Origin: Lingula anatina
Taxonomy: Eukaryota > Animalia > Brachiopoda
DNA: 64,000 nucleotides
Assembly: GCA_051362555.1 (NCBI GenBank)
Contig: CM120640.1
Location: forward strand, 51,252,788 to 51,316,787
Direction: 5' to 3'
Below, piece by piece: positions 52,181-64,000 of this stretch. How positions within the stretch are numbered: the stretch's first letter is position 1; every line of letters begins with the position of its first letter. Below the pieces are notes generated by a model. It was given only the letters and a program-made list of their open reading frames with translations. It was not told the DNA's origin and did not search any database. Both the position numbers and the translations under genes were made by a program.

Positions 52181-55100
52181 TCAGCACTGTGCTACTGAAT
52201 CTGGTCTTTTTCTAGGTTTTGGTGGAATGGATGGTTTTGCTACACCTGACTTACTGCGCTGGACTGGCTTTGCAGGCCCACTTCCCTCTGAATTTTCCTG
52301 ACTCAGTTTGGCTATCCTGTCTTTTACACTCACTCCCCGTGATACCTCAGACTCTCTAGCTGAAACAGGCCGGGGTTTGAATTCAGTCAATGTTTGTGGT
52401 TGAGACCTAAATTGTACAGAAGCAGGCCTGGCTCTGGGTTGAAACATGGGTTTAACAGACCTGCTGGGTTTCTCAGGAGCTTTTGAACGGCCATTCAGTG
52501 GAGCCTCCTCATCACCTGGTATTACTTCATAGATATTTTCTCCAGTGGACTGATCTGTCCAAGGTTTGGGTGGTGGCTCATACAAAGGATCGCTGTCTAA
52601 GTCTGTGTTACTATTGTTATTGTTACTATTGTCAAACTTAAATTTCTGCTTCATGGCTGATACTATGCCCACTTGTGGTTCTGAAGGTGACTCTGAAGCA
52701 TCTGTGTCTGCTATGGGTGACAAGGGTGCTGGTGGGGCTGGTCTTAGGGGTACTGGCTTCGACTGAGCTTGAGGGAGACTTGGTGGTTTAAGAGGTTGCT
52801 GTTGTCTTGTTGGTGGTTTCAGTGGTTTGGTGGGGAGCTGGTTAGGTCTGGTTAACTGACTAGGTCTGTTTGGTGGTGGCTGGAACTTGACTGGTGGAAC
52901 ACTAGGGCGTGGTGGAGGTTGATTTTGATTAGCACTGGACTGATCACTGTTTTCTGACCATGGTTTGGGTGGTCTTGCAGGCTTTCCTCCAGTTACATAC
53001 CCACTGTCTTCATCACTGTTTTCAGAATCTGGCAAGTTGGCATAGACAGTTGGTCTCACTATTACTCTTGGCTTCTCAATGAATTTAGCATCTTTAAATG
53101 ATGGTGTTCTGTTAGTTGTGCTCTGAAGTACTGGGTTGGAAATTGGCATCTTTGCAGATCCAGTGCTAGGTTGCCTGTTAACTGGGTCTTTAGGGACAGG
53201 TGCAGGTGGTGGTGGAGGTCTCTCTTGAACACTTTGAGCCGCTACTGCAGCAATACTAGGTGGGGGTCGAGGCTTGCTGGGAGATTTAACAGACGATTCA
53301 GATCTTCTTGAGGATTTAGGTGGGGCTGCATCCCTATTGAGTAAAATAATGATTTCATTGTTAACATAATTTATCAAAGATTTCTTTTAGTAAAAGATGA
53401 TAGTATATAAAAATTAGTGAAAAATAAATATTTACTCATTTGAAAAAGAACCAAACGTTATTGACTTTCTTTTCTAGTTCTCAAACCATCCTAAGCTGTA
53501 TTAAATTCCTGGCATTTAAATCTACCTAGTCTAATTATCTAGAGCTTGAATGTTCTGATACAATTAAATTTCATTTCACTTTCATAGGACAATACAAATG
53601 AGAGAAAATTACACATTTGCAGTAGGATTTTTAAAAACCTCCTTCCTACTAGTTTTAGAAGCATATTGCAAACAATTCTTACTTATATTTGTATGCAGCA
53701 GAAGCCTTCTGTCCCCACCAAACTTTGAGTTGCTCTCTGTATCGATAGGCGAAAAATCCACCAATCACAAGGAGAGGAACAATAAGCAGGAAGAAAATCA
53801 GGAGTCCTATCATTAACAAATTGTCACCTGAAACAAACAGGTAAAAATTCCATAGGGTAAAAATCATAAAAGAAATGGAGTTTTCAAAATCAACAAGAAT
53901 GTATACATCCTTCAGTGCCACTTATCCAATAACAGAGAAAAAAAACCCATACTGATAAACAAAAACATAATATAATTGGAAACCCAGTAGCCTACATTGT
54001 TCATTGCAAAGCAGAAATTAAGGCATTTACATGCAGTGACCAGCAATTCCATATTATAAAGCAAAGCATTTGGTTATAATGTCACATTAGATGACATCCA
54101 AGTTACCTTGAGGTGGGATTTCTGTGGGTCTTATAGCAGTGTCAGAACTTTCAGTTGATTGTGCAACAGTGGAAGTAACAATGCTGTCTGTTTTATAAGT
54201 AACATTAAAAGATGTAACTGATACAGTAGAGGTAACTGACATTGAAGAAGTATCTAAAACAAAACATGCAAAAATAAAGGGTTATCACCTATAAGTATAC
54301 ACTAAAATAAAACAAGCACACATTTAGAAATCAGAATACAAAAGCAATAAGACAGTTAGTATAGCAGATGTGCTAGATCTGAAGACCATGAATCAAAGTG
54401 GAATTTGGCAATGCCATGCCAGCTGCAATTTATATAGATATCATGTAGACAAGTAAGCAGTGTCAACACAAAAAGTATCTAGTAAATGACTAAGCCAGAA
54501 CTACAAAGAATCAATTTTTTATTTACAAGAACTAAAATGGGCAATTTTACTTTCTATAGCTAAACAGAACTAACCTAGTTCTAAAGTCTTAATCTCTAGT
54601 CTAATTGAAGTTAGTTTGATTGTATGCCCTAAACGGCATTTGAATATCTAATGATTTCCCATCACTGCCATTAGAGTACTATTTATGGGCTGCATATTTA
54701 TTAACTACTGCCAAATGCTGCTGGTTCATGTATACCATTACATTTACACACATGTATACATTTACTAACTGTGTACACATGGATATGTAGCAGAGCTTAC
54801 CTTTGTTGCTAGAGGCCGGTCCACTGTCTACACTTCCCCCATACCCCGGTGTGTTACATAACGGGGGAGCCAAGCCAACTTCACAGTGACAATTATTATT
54901 GCTGTTACATATCTAGAACAAAAACATCGAAAATATGATGTGTCTATGTTTAAAAATTATATTGTTCATATAGATTTTTAAAACACTTTGTCTTGTATAA
55001 CATCAATAGAATGAAGAGCTTTGTGTTGTTACTAAGTTGTGTCATATAACTTACCCCGTTCTGATTACAATCCTCTGGACATGGAGCCACTCCAAGTTGG

Positions 55101-58100
55101 TCAAAAGACATACAGGTTTGGTTCACACATAGCTGAAATATCACGTGCAAATATGCAGTTTGATGAAAACAAATACATGATGATGATGATGATGATACAA
55201 CACTCAAACAACAAGACATCTGCATGCAACTAAGATGCAATTTGTAAACTGTGCACATTTCGAGTTCATCAATTTGCAATCATACTATTAAACGTGTTTT
55301 TTTTTCCACAAAGTACCAAGCTTCAAAAACCTTTTAATATGAAATATACTGGAATCTTCTAAACTGTGGAGCAGAAAGTATGTCTTTTCATGACCCTTCT
55401 ACTCACCAAAAAGACTGAGATATAAATTATATGAAACAACATCACATATTTATCACGATAAAACTACTTTGCTTACTTTATCTTCACCACACTTGGCACC
55501 ATCTGGTGTCATGCCAGGATCAAGATCATTTAATCCAACATCCAAAATGGCAGATTTGCATTTTATTCTCACGCCATTCACATCTAGAGTTGTATATGGC
55601 AGCAGTCTGGACAGGGCCTCTCTCCAAAACATAAGTTTTTCATTCTGGTGTTGACAGTGGAGCATCCCACACATAGTATCTCTGAAATAACAAGTGAATG
55701 AAAATGACAAAAGTTAACATAATCATAACACTCCGATTTTCATTTCTAATCCAATTTTTCAAAAACATTTAATAATAATTTGGCATGAGCAACTCTTTCT
55801 TGAAGTCTCAATGTTGTAACAATGAGATCTCACCAGCCTACTTGAATCTAAAATACTATTGAAAATTCCTTAAAAATCCATATTTAGCACAAAAGATGCA
55901 AAACTTACTCCTGTTTGCAAGCAGTGTAATTGTCATGGATCCAGCTGTAGCCACAGTTGCCAAACTCACTTCCTCTCGTGTTCAGCCTAGTATAGCAGAC
56001 TGGTGGCGACACCTGCCCAGTGCTCCCCCACAGCAGCTTACATTGGGCATCATGGGTAGTACACTTGCCCTGGTAGCAGTAGGACTGAAATATGAATGGC
56101 AAGATATTGTGCAAAGTTGAAGAGACTTAACGAAATACTGGCAAAAGACATGACAGTTAATCAACATACCAAGGTTCCACTTTACTAAATTGTTCTTTTA
56201 GCTTATAGAACCACTAGTCTGTAACATCTTAATGTTAATCAACCTTTACATACAATGATGTGTTAGTTGCCACTTTCAAGATGATATGATCATTCAGTTT
56301 GATACTGACTTGTCCACTTTTACAACTACGGCCATTCTGTACAAAAACATCTGCTGGGCAGTCCTCTGAATTCCCAGAACAGAACTCTGGCAGATCACAC
56401 TCTCCAGCCACTGGCCGACACTCTGTGGCCATAGGTTTCATCTGGCAGGTCTGTAGGTTACAGCAGGTACCCGTAGCACAGGTGGCATTGGTCATCAGAG
56501 TACAGCTGCTGGCATTACAACACTTGTTTTTACATTCCTGGAATATTTACAATCATTCTGGTCATGCGCAGAATTAATGGAAGGTAGTTTTCTCTTTCTA
56601 GGAACACAAGGGTATTACAGCGTTGTAAATATCTCTTCACTGTTCTCAAATACAATTTGACTGCTTTTTCTCTTACTTTCTTGGAAAGGTTACAATGTAA
56701 TAAGGTTGGGTACACCTGCAACGGCTACTGTTAGACTGGGTTCCCATGCATAGATCGATCCAAAAGGATAATTACCCCGTAATAGCTTTACTAGGCGTGA
56801 CAGACATTTAAGCCGGTTAAGTTGATAGCAATTTAGTGAGACTCTCCAGGGAGATAGATCAATCCAAATATCTGTGGGAATGGTCCCTTAAACAGCATGC
56901 TATGAATAACAATGCAATACTTTTGCTTACTGGTTCTAAGTAATGGCTTAAATTCAAATGCAAAGGTTGGTAACAAAAACATACAGAGACCATCAATTAG
57001 AATGTTTGGTATACATATCCCAACATTCCTGTGGTTAAGGTATTTTTTGACATAACAGAAACCAAGAAATTTTGCTGACTACATTTCACTGAATGATATT
57101 GTTAATTTCTGAAAAAATTTGAAGGAAAAAAATCCACATAATATTTAGCACTCGCAGTCCTTCTCACCTCAGGTAAGCCACAGTCACACTGTTCGCCATC
57201 CTCTACAAAACCATTGCCACAGGTTGGGCTACCAAACAGCCTGGTAGGCTTGTTCCTCAAGCAGTAGTCCATTCCTATGTCAAATGCTTCCTGCAGCTCT
57301 TTTTTGGAGCAAGATGACCACTTGGTAGGGTTACCACTCCTGTGAAGGAAAAATTAAAATTGTTTCTCAGCTCAAAATCTTTTGTCCCGGTGTTGTAACT
57401 ATAACTGTCCAATTTCAAGAAACCTGTTAAGGCGGCATAATTTCTTTTACATCATGACTCTACTCAGGATGTTTTGGAGCAACTTCATAATTTGAGATTG
57501 AAATTTGATGCAGGGAATTTAGATTAAACTTCTGAGTTGTTTGTGACTGCAAGATTAAGAGCAAATTTATGACAATGACTTCAACTTGTATCTGCTTATT
57601 TCTTAATAAAACTGTAATCCTCTGATATTGAAAATGCTTCAAGTAAAGTTGTGAAAAAGCCTTTTTAACAACAAGACAATTGGACCCAAAATGGCCAAAC
57701 TAAGTTTCCAAATGATCAGTTAACATTCCCCAACAGCCTTAAATTTTTTATATCCAATATGAAGCAACCTGGTGACTCCCAACTAGACCAATATTACCCA
57801 CGTAAAAGATATCTCTGTGAATTATGGCCTGTGATATTCAAGTTGTCAACATTGCCGTAGTGTCACCACCATGTGATTCTGCTTACCCTGTTGTTGCAGC
57901 CATGATGCACCTCTGTTCTGGACATTTACACACACTCAGGTTATCATGTGTCATGCCAAAGTTGTGTCCCATCTCATGGGCTACTGTGGTGCCTACTGGA
58001 CCAGGGAGCTCGCTGTGATCCTAGAAGATATATTAATTTAAAATTATATAAATTTAGAAAATTTACTCCATCTTTTCACACAAAAAAATTTACCAGTTTA

Positions 58101-61100
58101 TAAATTGCTATAAAATGCATGTAATGAAGATATTAAGTTTGCTACATTCTTCTATGTAATTCTATTATGAAGTCTATCTGAGTTTATTCCATAATGCTTT
58201 TAACAAAATTTTTTACAAATTACATGCATAAGAAAACAAACACTAAATGGAACACTAAGAAACCTGAAATCGTTTGATGAAGCAGCTTTTCCATTACAAC
58301 AAATGCTTAACAAAGTTGAAAATTTGTGAGAATAAATGAAAGGTGTGCAGGGATATAGCAATTATATAAAAGCAAGTATGTATCGTGCAGCACAGCATCA
58401 ATTTCTTTTAAAAAACTTTTTTTTAGATAGCTGCATTACAAACTTTGATACATTTATATTATCATAATTTTATCAACCAAGTCATTCTTATCTGAACCAA
58501 GTGTAAGTAAACTACAGACAAGGTCAACAATTGTAACTTCAGTCGGAAGACTGTCCATAGGAAGGCTGTATTTCCTAACATATAGTCTGTAGTATACCTA
58601 AACCATGCTGGGCTGAAAGTGCTACTTCATTAGTAATCACCATTCCGGTTAGTAACTAGGAACCACTGTAAGAAGTCATGCAGCATAACCACTAAACCAC
58701 ACTACAGAACAACATTATTATTTCAATAGAAAAGCACCAGCACTCCCAGTTTCCTTCCAGCATTGTGAACAGATCAAATATGGTATGAAACAAGTACATA
58801 CATCTTATCAAGTTTTACATGCAAATCAACTGACACCAGGAAAGGTTAATATTCCTTTAGTACCAGGGTTTATATTAGAGGAGCTACACTCAAGATGTTG
58901 AGCATATCTTTTATTCATATGTCAAAGAACTCACATTAAATGACAAAATAAAGATTTTCAACTACTGACTCAATTAACATCTCCAAGGTTCTATATTGTT
59001 AAAGAAATAATACATAAAAAGAAATAAGATCATAAGACACTGCTTGACTATTAAATCTTTTTGAAGTTACCACATCAAGCATTTGCCTTAAACAGTAGTT
59101 TTTCTTAGTGCTTTGGGAACCAAAGAAATATAACAGTTTTCATTATTTTCAGTGAAAAATGAAACTTAAAAAGTTTTATAAAACAATATTCTAACTCTTG
59201 ACCTGGTAACAAAGGGGTATCGTTTATGTCAAAAATCCACTTACAGTAACAGATTCTCTCTAAAATGCATGAGTTCACAATGACAATTTATGTCATTTCA
59301 GTAATACTACACTACAGAACACCTGAATTTGTAACAAACAATATAACAAAAGCAAAATGTGTACACAGTGAAATAACAAGGAAAACCAACTAGTGTGAAA
59401 GAAAACTTCCTACCCTAACAACACCCCCTGAATACCGGAAGGAACACATAGGAGTCTGAGATGCTTTCCCCAGAATTCTGTTTGCAAATACACCACCTCT
59501 GAAATAAGGTATAAACAAAAACAGACACAATGAGTGCACACCTAAAAAGCAGCTAGTGCTATGTGCATTGAGCTCTGCACAGATTAAAGTATGGCCAATT
59601 TTGGCAGTTCAGCAATTTATTAACATGTGCAATTGATTCACTATTCCTGAAATCATAATGAAGAGAAATTTTGTAAAATGTGAAGTACATGATATATATA
59701 TATATATGAATCTGCAACCCAACCATAAACCATACACAGAGGCCAACTTCTCTTCATAAGCCTCTGTGAATCAATCTTCCATGATTATTTATATACCCAT
59801 ACTGCCTGCCTATCTATTAGTAACTTTGCATTCTGTGTCTTTCAGCCCAGTTACCATACCAGCAAGTCAATTGCAAGCAGCTAAAGCCATATTTCTCGCT
59901 GAATTATCTCGAGTTGTCCTCGTGCATCCCAAGCAGTTGTGTTCACCAATTCTACTACCTAAAGACCAGGACAACATAAAAGACCTGCTCTTCCTGTACA
60001 AACCTACCGTATTAACACCGCCAGAGTAGCGATATGTGCATATGGGACGCTTGAGAGCTTTACCCACAATGCCATCTTTAAATGATTGACCACTGAAAAT
60101 GGCATAATGAACAAAACAGAGTAAGACAGAGGGCTGGATACATTGCAATAACTTATTAAGAATATTAATCTTGTCTTACATCATTTTTCCATAACTGCTT
60201 GGAATTTAAATCCTGTCAAACCATATTCCTTTGTTTTTGTCAGCTAAACAAATGCTAAAAAGACATTTCTACTAGATTTCAACATTTTACTCTTCAGAAA
60301 ATTCTTCAATTGTTTTATATAAATATACTGGTATTGTGTTTGGTCAGTCTTTTTTTAACTTACGTGATAAGTTGGCCGTTATCATTGGGAAAGTGGGGGT
60401 TGAGAAATGTTTTTCTATAGGAGAGAAAGTTGTTGAGGGTTACATCAGCATCCTGATCTACTATAATCTTATCCCCACTGTCCCACACCTCCACTCCTAC
60501 CAATGCCACATAGATGTCTAGCTCATTGTATAACTGAAAACACATTGCAATACATTAATGAGAAATATTAGCACCATGTGTGAGATGTTTGACAACTACA
60601 TAGTTAGAAAGGCAACAGCATCATCAACTGGTTAGCAAATCTTATGGTAGATGTACCTCAAATGGTATTACATACAATGTGATACAAAAACAAAAATTAT
60701 TTTCCAAATATTATGTTTTTCCACTAATTGTAACTTATAATCTAAATTACTTTAAATATCAAATAGAACAGTTACAGGATTTTTACTTACAGCACTGACA
60801 ATGTTGCCAATTTCTTTACTCCTCTGGATTACTTTTGCAACATTTTTTCCATGCATGTCAAACTAAAATAAATCAATAAATTTAGAAAGGAAAAGGGTAA
60901 TAAGACAAAAAAGTTTTGTGATAACAAAACATTATCTGAACAGAGACATCCAATAGAAATGTGCCGACATGTAATAGCTACTTAATCTCAAAGACAGAGG
61001 GAAAAGATAAAAGAGAAATATAGTAGTTATCTGAGTATGAAGGAGATATTTTCAAATTAGTAAGGTGGGGGGCAGTTGTACCTGTCTTGGACTCAGTGTG

Positions 61101-63290
61101 GATTGAATAATGATCTTTGATTGATTACAGAGACAGAGTAAAGTAGTCCATTATACTTCTGAATACCAATTTACTGACCTGTCTGTGATCACTAACTAAG
61201 AATAATTCCACGTATCTGGTCTTTTTACCACTATTATAGGGACCCCTGATGGCTCTGCGAAGCTGGAGAAAACAGTACAGTATAGAATATCACTTTAAAA
61301 GACATATTCAGATAATTTCTAAAATCTTAAACCTAATCACAATAAAAAATAAAATAAAAAACTTCTGGAAGTTAAGAAAAAGAAGAATGATACAGCATAA
61401 AATAAAAACAAATCTACTGAAAATGTTAATAGGCAAGAATACAAAAGGTAATGCAGACATGGTAATGAAATACATATCCCACATTGTATATAGAAAATAT
61501 ACCCATGTTAGATGACCCCTAGATTACTCAAATAATCTGATCTTATCTCAATCTCTTGTGAATATCAGCTTTCTTAAACAAATTATCATGATCAATTTGC
61601 TCACTGTTTGTAATTTCATGTGGTTATATATAGCATGTAAAACCCCTATGGCATGAAGACATGCAACCAATGGCTTAAAGCTTACCCTGTGTAAGTGTTT
61701 AGAGTTAAGTGAACGGTGGTAAAATGAAGGGAAATCATGGGCATGGTCACCAGTACCTTAAAAAGAGTTAAAAATAGTTTAACAAATACAATATTAAGCA
61801 TTCATTTGAGTGAAAGTGAGCCCTATATTGTCTTCCAAAGTAAAGCACAAAGCCTTAGTCATAGTGCCCTTTAATGACTTTTTAGAAGTTCTCATTCAAG
61901 GTGTCCACTTTTTAAAAATCATTTTATCTTCAAATTTACATATTTTTTTCTGCCCAATATACCCTGAGCCACATCCAGTTTACTTACCACATCTCAGATG
62001 CTGCTCATGTCTATCTGATGCTCTAAATACATGATGATGAAAGCCTGTAGAACCAGCTACTGGCTGAATATAATACTGCTCTGTACCATCTTGAAATAAC
62101 CCACTGGAAAGGGTGAACATATGACACTTTTTCAGTTTTTTGTACTTTTGCCACCATATACAAGCAGAATAAGAGATCTCTTTACCACCAGGTTACAAAA
62201 TGAAATGCGTTTTTTTTTTTTTTTTTTTTTCTTTTTTTTTTTTAACAAGTGTCCTGTGCTTTACCAACTAAAACTTATCACAAAATTCTGGAAGAGTGAA
62301 TCACTGAAAAAAACTTGCTACAAACCACATCATATATTCTAACTACATAATAGTACCAAAACATGAAAGTCACGGAAGCATGAAATTGTTTATATCTAAT
62401 TTTCAGACAAACATGTTAATGGGATGAATAAGGAACAAACATCTAAATAAGACTGCTACAAAGCTATTTTACAATCACTGGCCCTAATACAGTTCACAAA
62501 AAAAATTCATTCTTATCAATAAATAATGATTTTCCCAGTATAGATGTACATATGGATCTGTGTGCAGCATTATGAAATTAACGAAACATGTTTCAAGATA
62601 AGGAGGACATGGCCTGTGAAGGCAGCATTTTCCTGCTGCTTCTTAGCATTATCAACAAATTTTTAAAGTTTCTAGAGACCTTTTGCATGTAATATTACTT
62701 GTGAGGCAGTGGCCATCCTTGCTGGCGACACTGTCAAAAACATTGAGGATTTTTTTACAAATGAATAGACAAATAAGATTTCAAGCTCTATCAATAATCC
62801 ATGGACTAGTAAAACATTTAAAATGCTAGAAAGGATCCTATAGCTAGATGTATAGAACTTTGACATGATCACATCATCATATCATATAAAAAGTCAGAAA
62901 CTATCTTTTTAAGTTTAATTTCATGCTGTTCTAAGGCGAAAGGCCGCTTTTCTCTGGTTATCCATCAACTGGTTACATTCATACACTACACCTTTTTCGC
63001 ATTAGTGTATGAAGAGAAGAATGCTAGGAAATAGTTAAAGTCAATTTAAAAAGATTTATTCAAAATTAAAATCTTAATGAAAATCAATAATATATTACCA
63101 AAACTGACCGGAGTTGTTGATTATATAGTCAACAGCAGAGAAAACACATCACATTATGTTATTTAACCAATAAACCTTTATTTCCTCAACCACAAAATGA
63201 CCCTTACCTTAACCCATCACAGGTACTTAGTGCTATTAGAGATTCCTCTTCATGTCTGATCTTCCCATGATAAAAACAGTGATGGTTTTT
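52181..63290 (-). CDS. ADAM (disintegrin and metalloprotease), ADAM12/meltrin-like, active type; 5' exons lie beyond the window
   Basis: Prodomain [16 protein letters not shown] (63208-63290), Cys-switch HLRCG, furin-type [13 protein letters not shown]. Zinc motif [13 protein letters not shown] plus CIM Met-turn (~57886-58020). Disintegrin [15 protein letters not shown] / ECDLPEFC, Cys-rich and EGF exons ending [10 protein letters not shown] exon 53683-53827, and Pro-rich cytoplasmic exon 52181-53333. Confidence 0.93.
56735..56890. mobile_element. Short MITE family, copy 3 (inverted, internally shortened)
   Basis: TAGTGAGACTCTCCAGGGAGATAGATCAATCCAAATATCTGTGGGAATGGTC approximates the reverse complement of the 9180 copy start. 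Confidence 0.65.
59414..59498 (-). CDS. ADAM alternative exon B (85 nt)
   Basis: tttcag|A GGT GGT GTA TTT..GTT GTT AGG|gtagga, encoding [28 protein letters not shown]. Confidence 0.85.
60008..60092 (-). CDS. ADAM alternative exon A (85 nt)
   Basis: tttcag|T GGT CAA TCA TTT..GTT AAT ACG|gtaggt, encoding [28 protein letters not shown]. Confidence 0.9.
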
Positions 63291-64000
63291 CTGAAAGGAA
63301 ACAAATATGGAACATTTATTGGTTGTTTATTAAATAAATTAAGTATGTTCTCATGTATGTTATTTTTCAATTAGTACAATAGACATCTGATACTTAGTAT
63401 AATTTGTATCAGATAAAATGTGGAATCATTCTTAACAATATGAGAATCAATCTGATATGTTTGTTTTTGAAAGGCACATGATACCACTAAGTCTTTTAAA
63501 ACAAAAGTATCATTGTTTTTTCTTCAGTGCAAACTGCTGTATAACTATTTGTAAAATTAAACTAAACAAAGCCATATGTAACAGGCGTTTCCAAGTATAT
63601 CTCACTGACTGCAGCAAAACACCAATGTTAAGACCAGTTCACACATTGACCAATATGGACTGGAAAAAACTGACCTCACAGATTCTGCTAAACAATCTGG
63701 TTGTCTAATCACATCAATTAGTCTCTATCAAGTCTAAGTTTGTACCAGTGTTAACATGCCTGTAGAGTAATTAATAACTGTGAACAGTAATAGCACCTGC
63801 AGCAAATTTCTAGGGCAAGAACAGAGCATTGTTCAAAGGTGACTAACCCACATATTTCTCACTGTTAACTGACTTTGTTTGAAGTAACCACCCCTCGATT
63901 TCCACCTTTATTCATTAAGCTTTCTGACACTTAACACCCTTGTTCTCAGACCACACGTCTGCTGGAACTGTTCTTACTGCCAGACTGCAAAAACCACAAG

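Noticed and set aside
53437-53650. Two possible ADAM micro-exons after the TM exon ([11 protein letters not shown]; [12 protein letters not shown])
   Set aside because: The first would need a ~34-nt intron and the second is out of phase alone. The TM exon joins the last exon in frame without them.
1-64000. tRNA, rRNA and U12-type introns
   Set aside because: I noticed no cloverleaf, rRNA or RTATCCTT donor by eye, and the introns I examined are GT-AG. No formal scan was possible.

Overview
AT-rich, intron-dense animal genomic DNA, probably from a marine invertebrate such as a mollusc (inferred from gene content and repeat families). I reconstructed six spliced genes from GT-AG exons: NARS1 (-), INTS3 (+), BORCS7 (-), UVSSA (+), HPDL (+) and the 3' part of a catalytically active ADAM12/meltrin-like protease (-) that runs off the right edge. 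Introns hold a decayed Ingi/Vingi-like LINE, several MITE families, and three families of Helentron-type non-autonomous elements, two of which carry 161-bp and 146-bp internal tandem arrays. The most interesting observation is a pair of duplicated, 85-nt, frame-incompatible exons encoding two versions of the ADAM active-site edge strand, which implies mutually exclusive splicing. Also notable are a ~650-bp local copy inserted with a 63-bp flanking duplication, a foldback element between a branch point and a 3' splice site, a three-hairpin NARS1 intron, and an inverted TACGTG pair upstream of HPDL. All gene names come from my recall of protein motifs, not from database searches. Most short ORFs in the supplied track are spurious.
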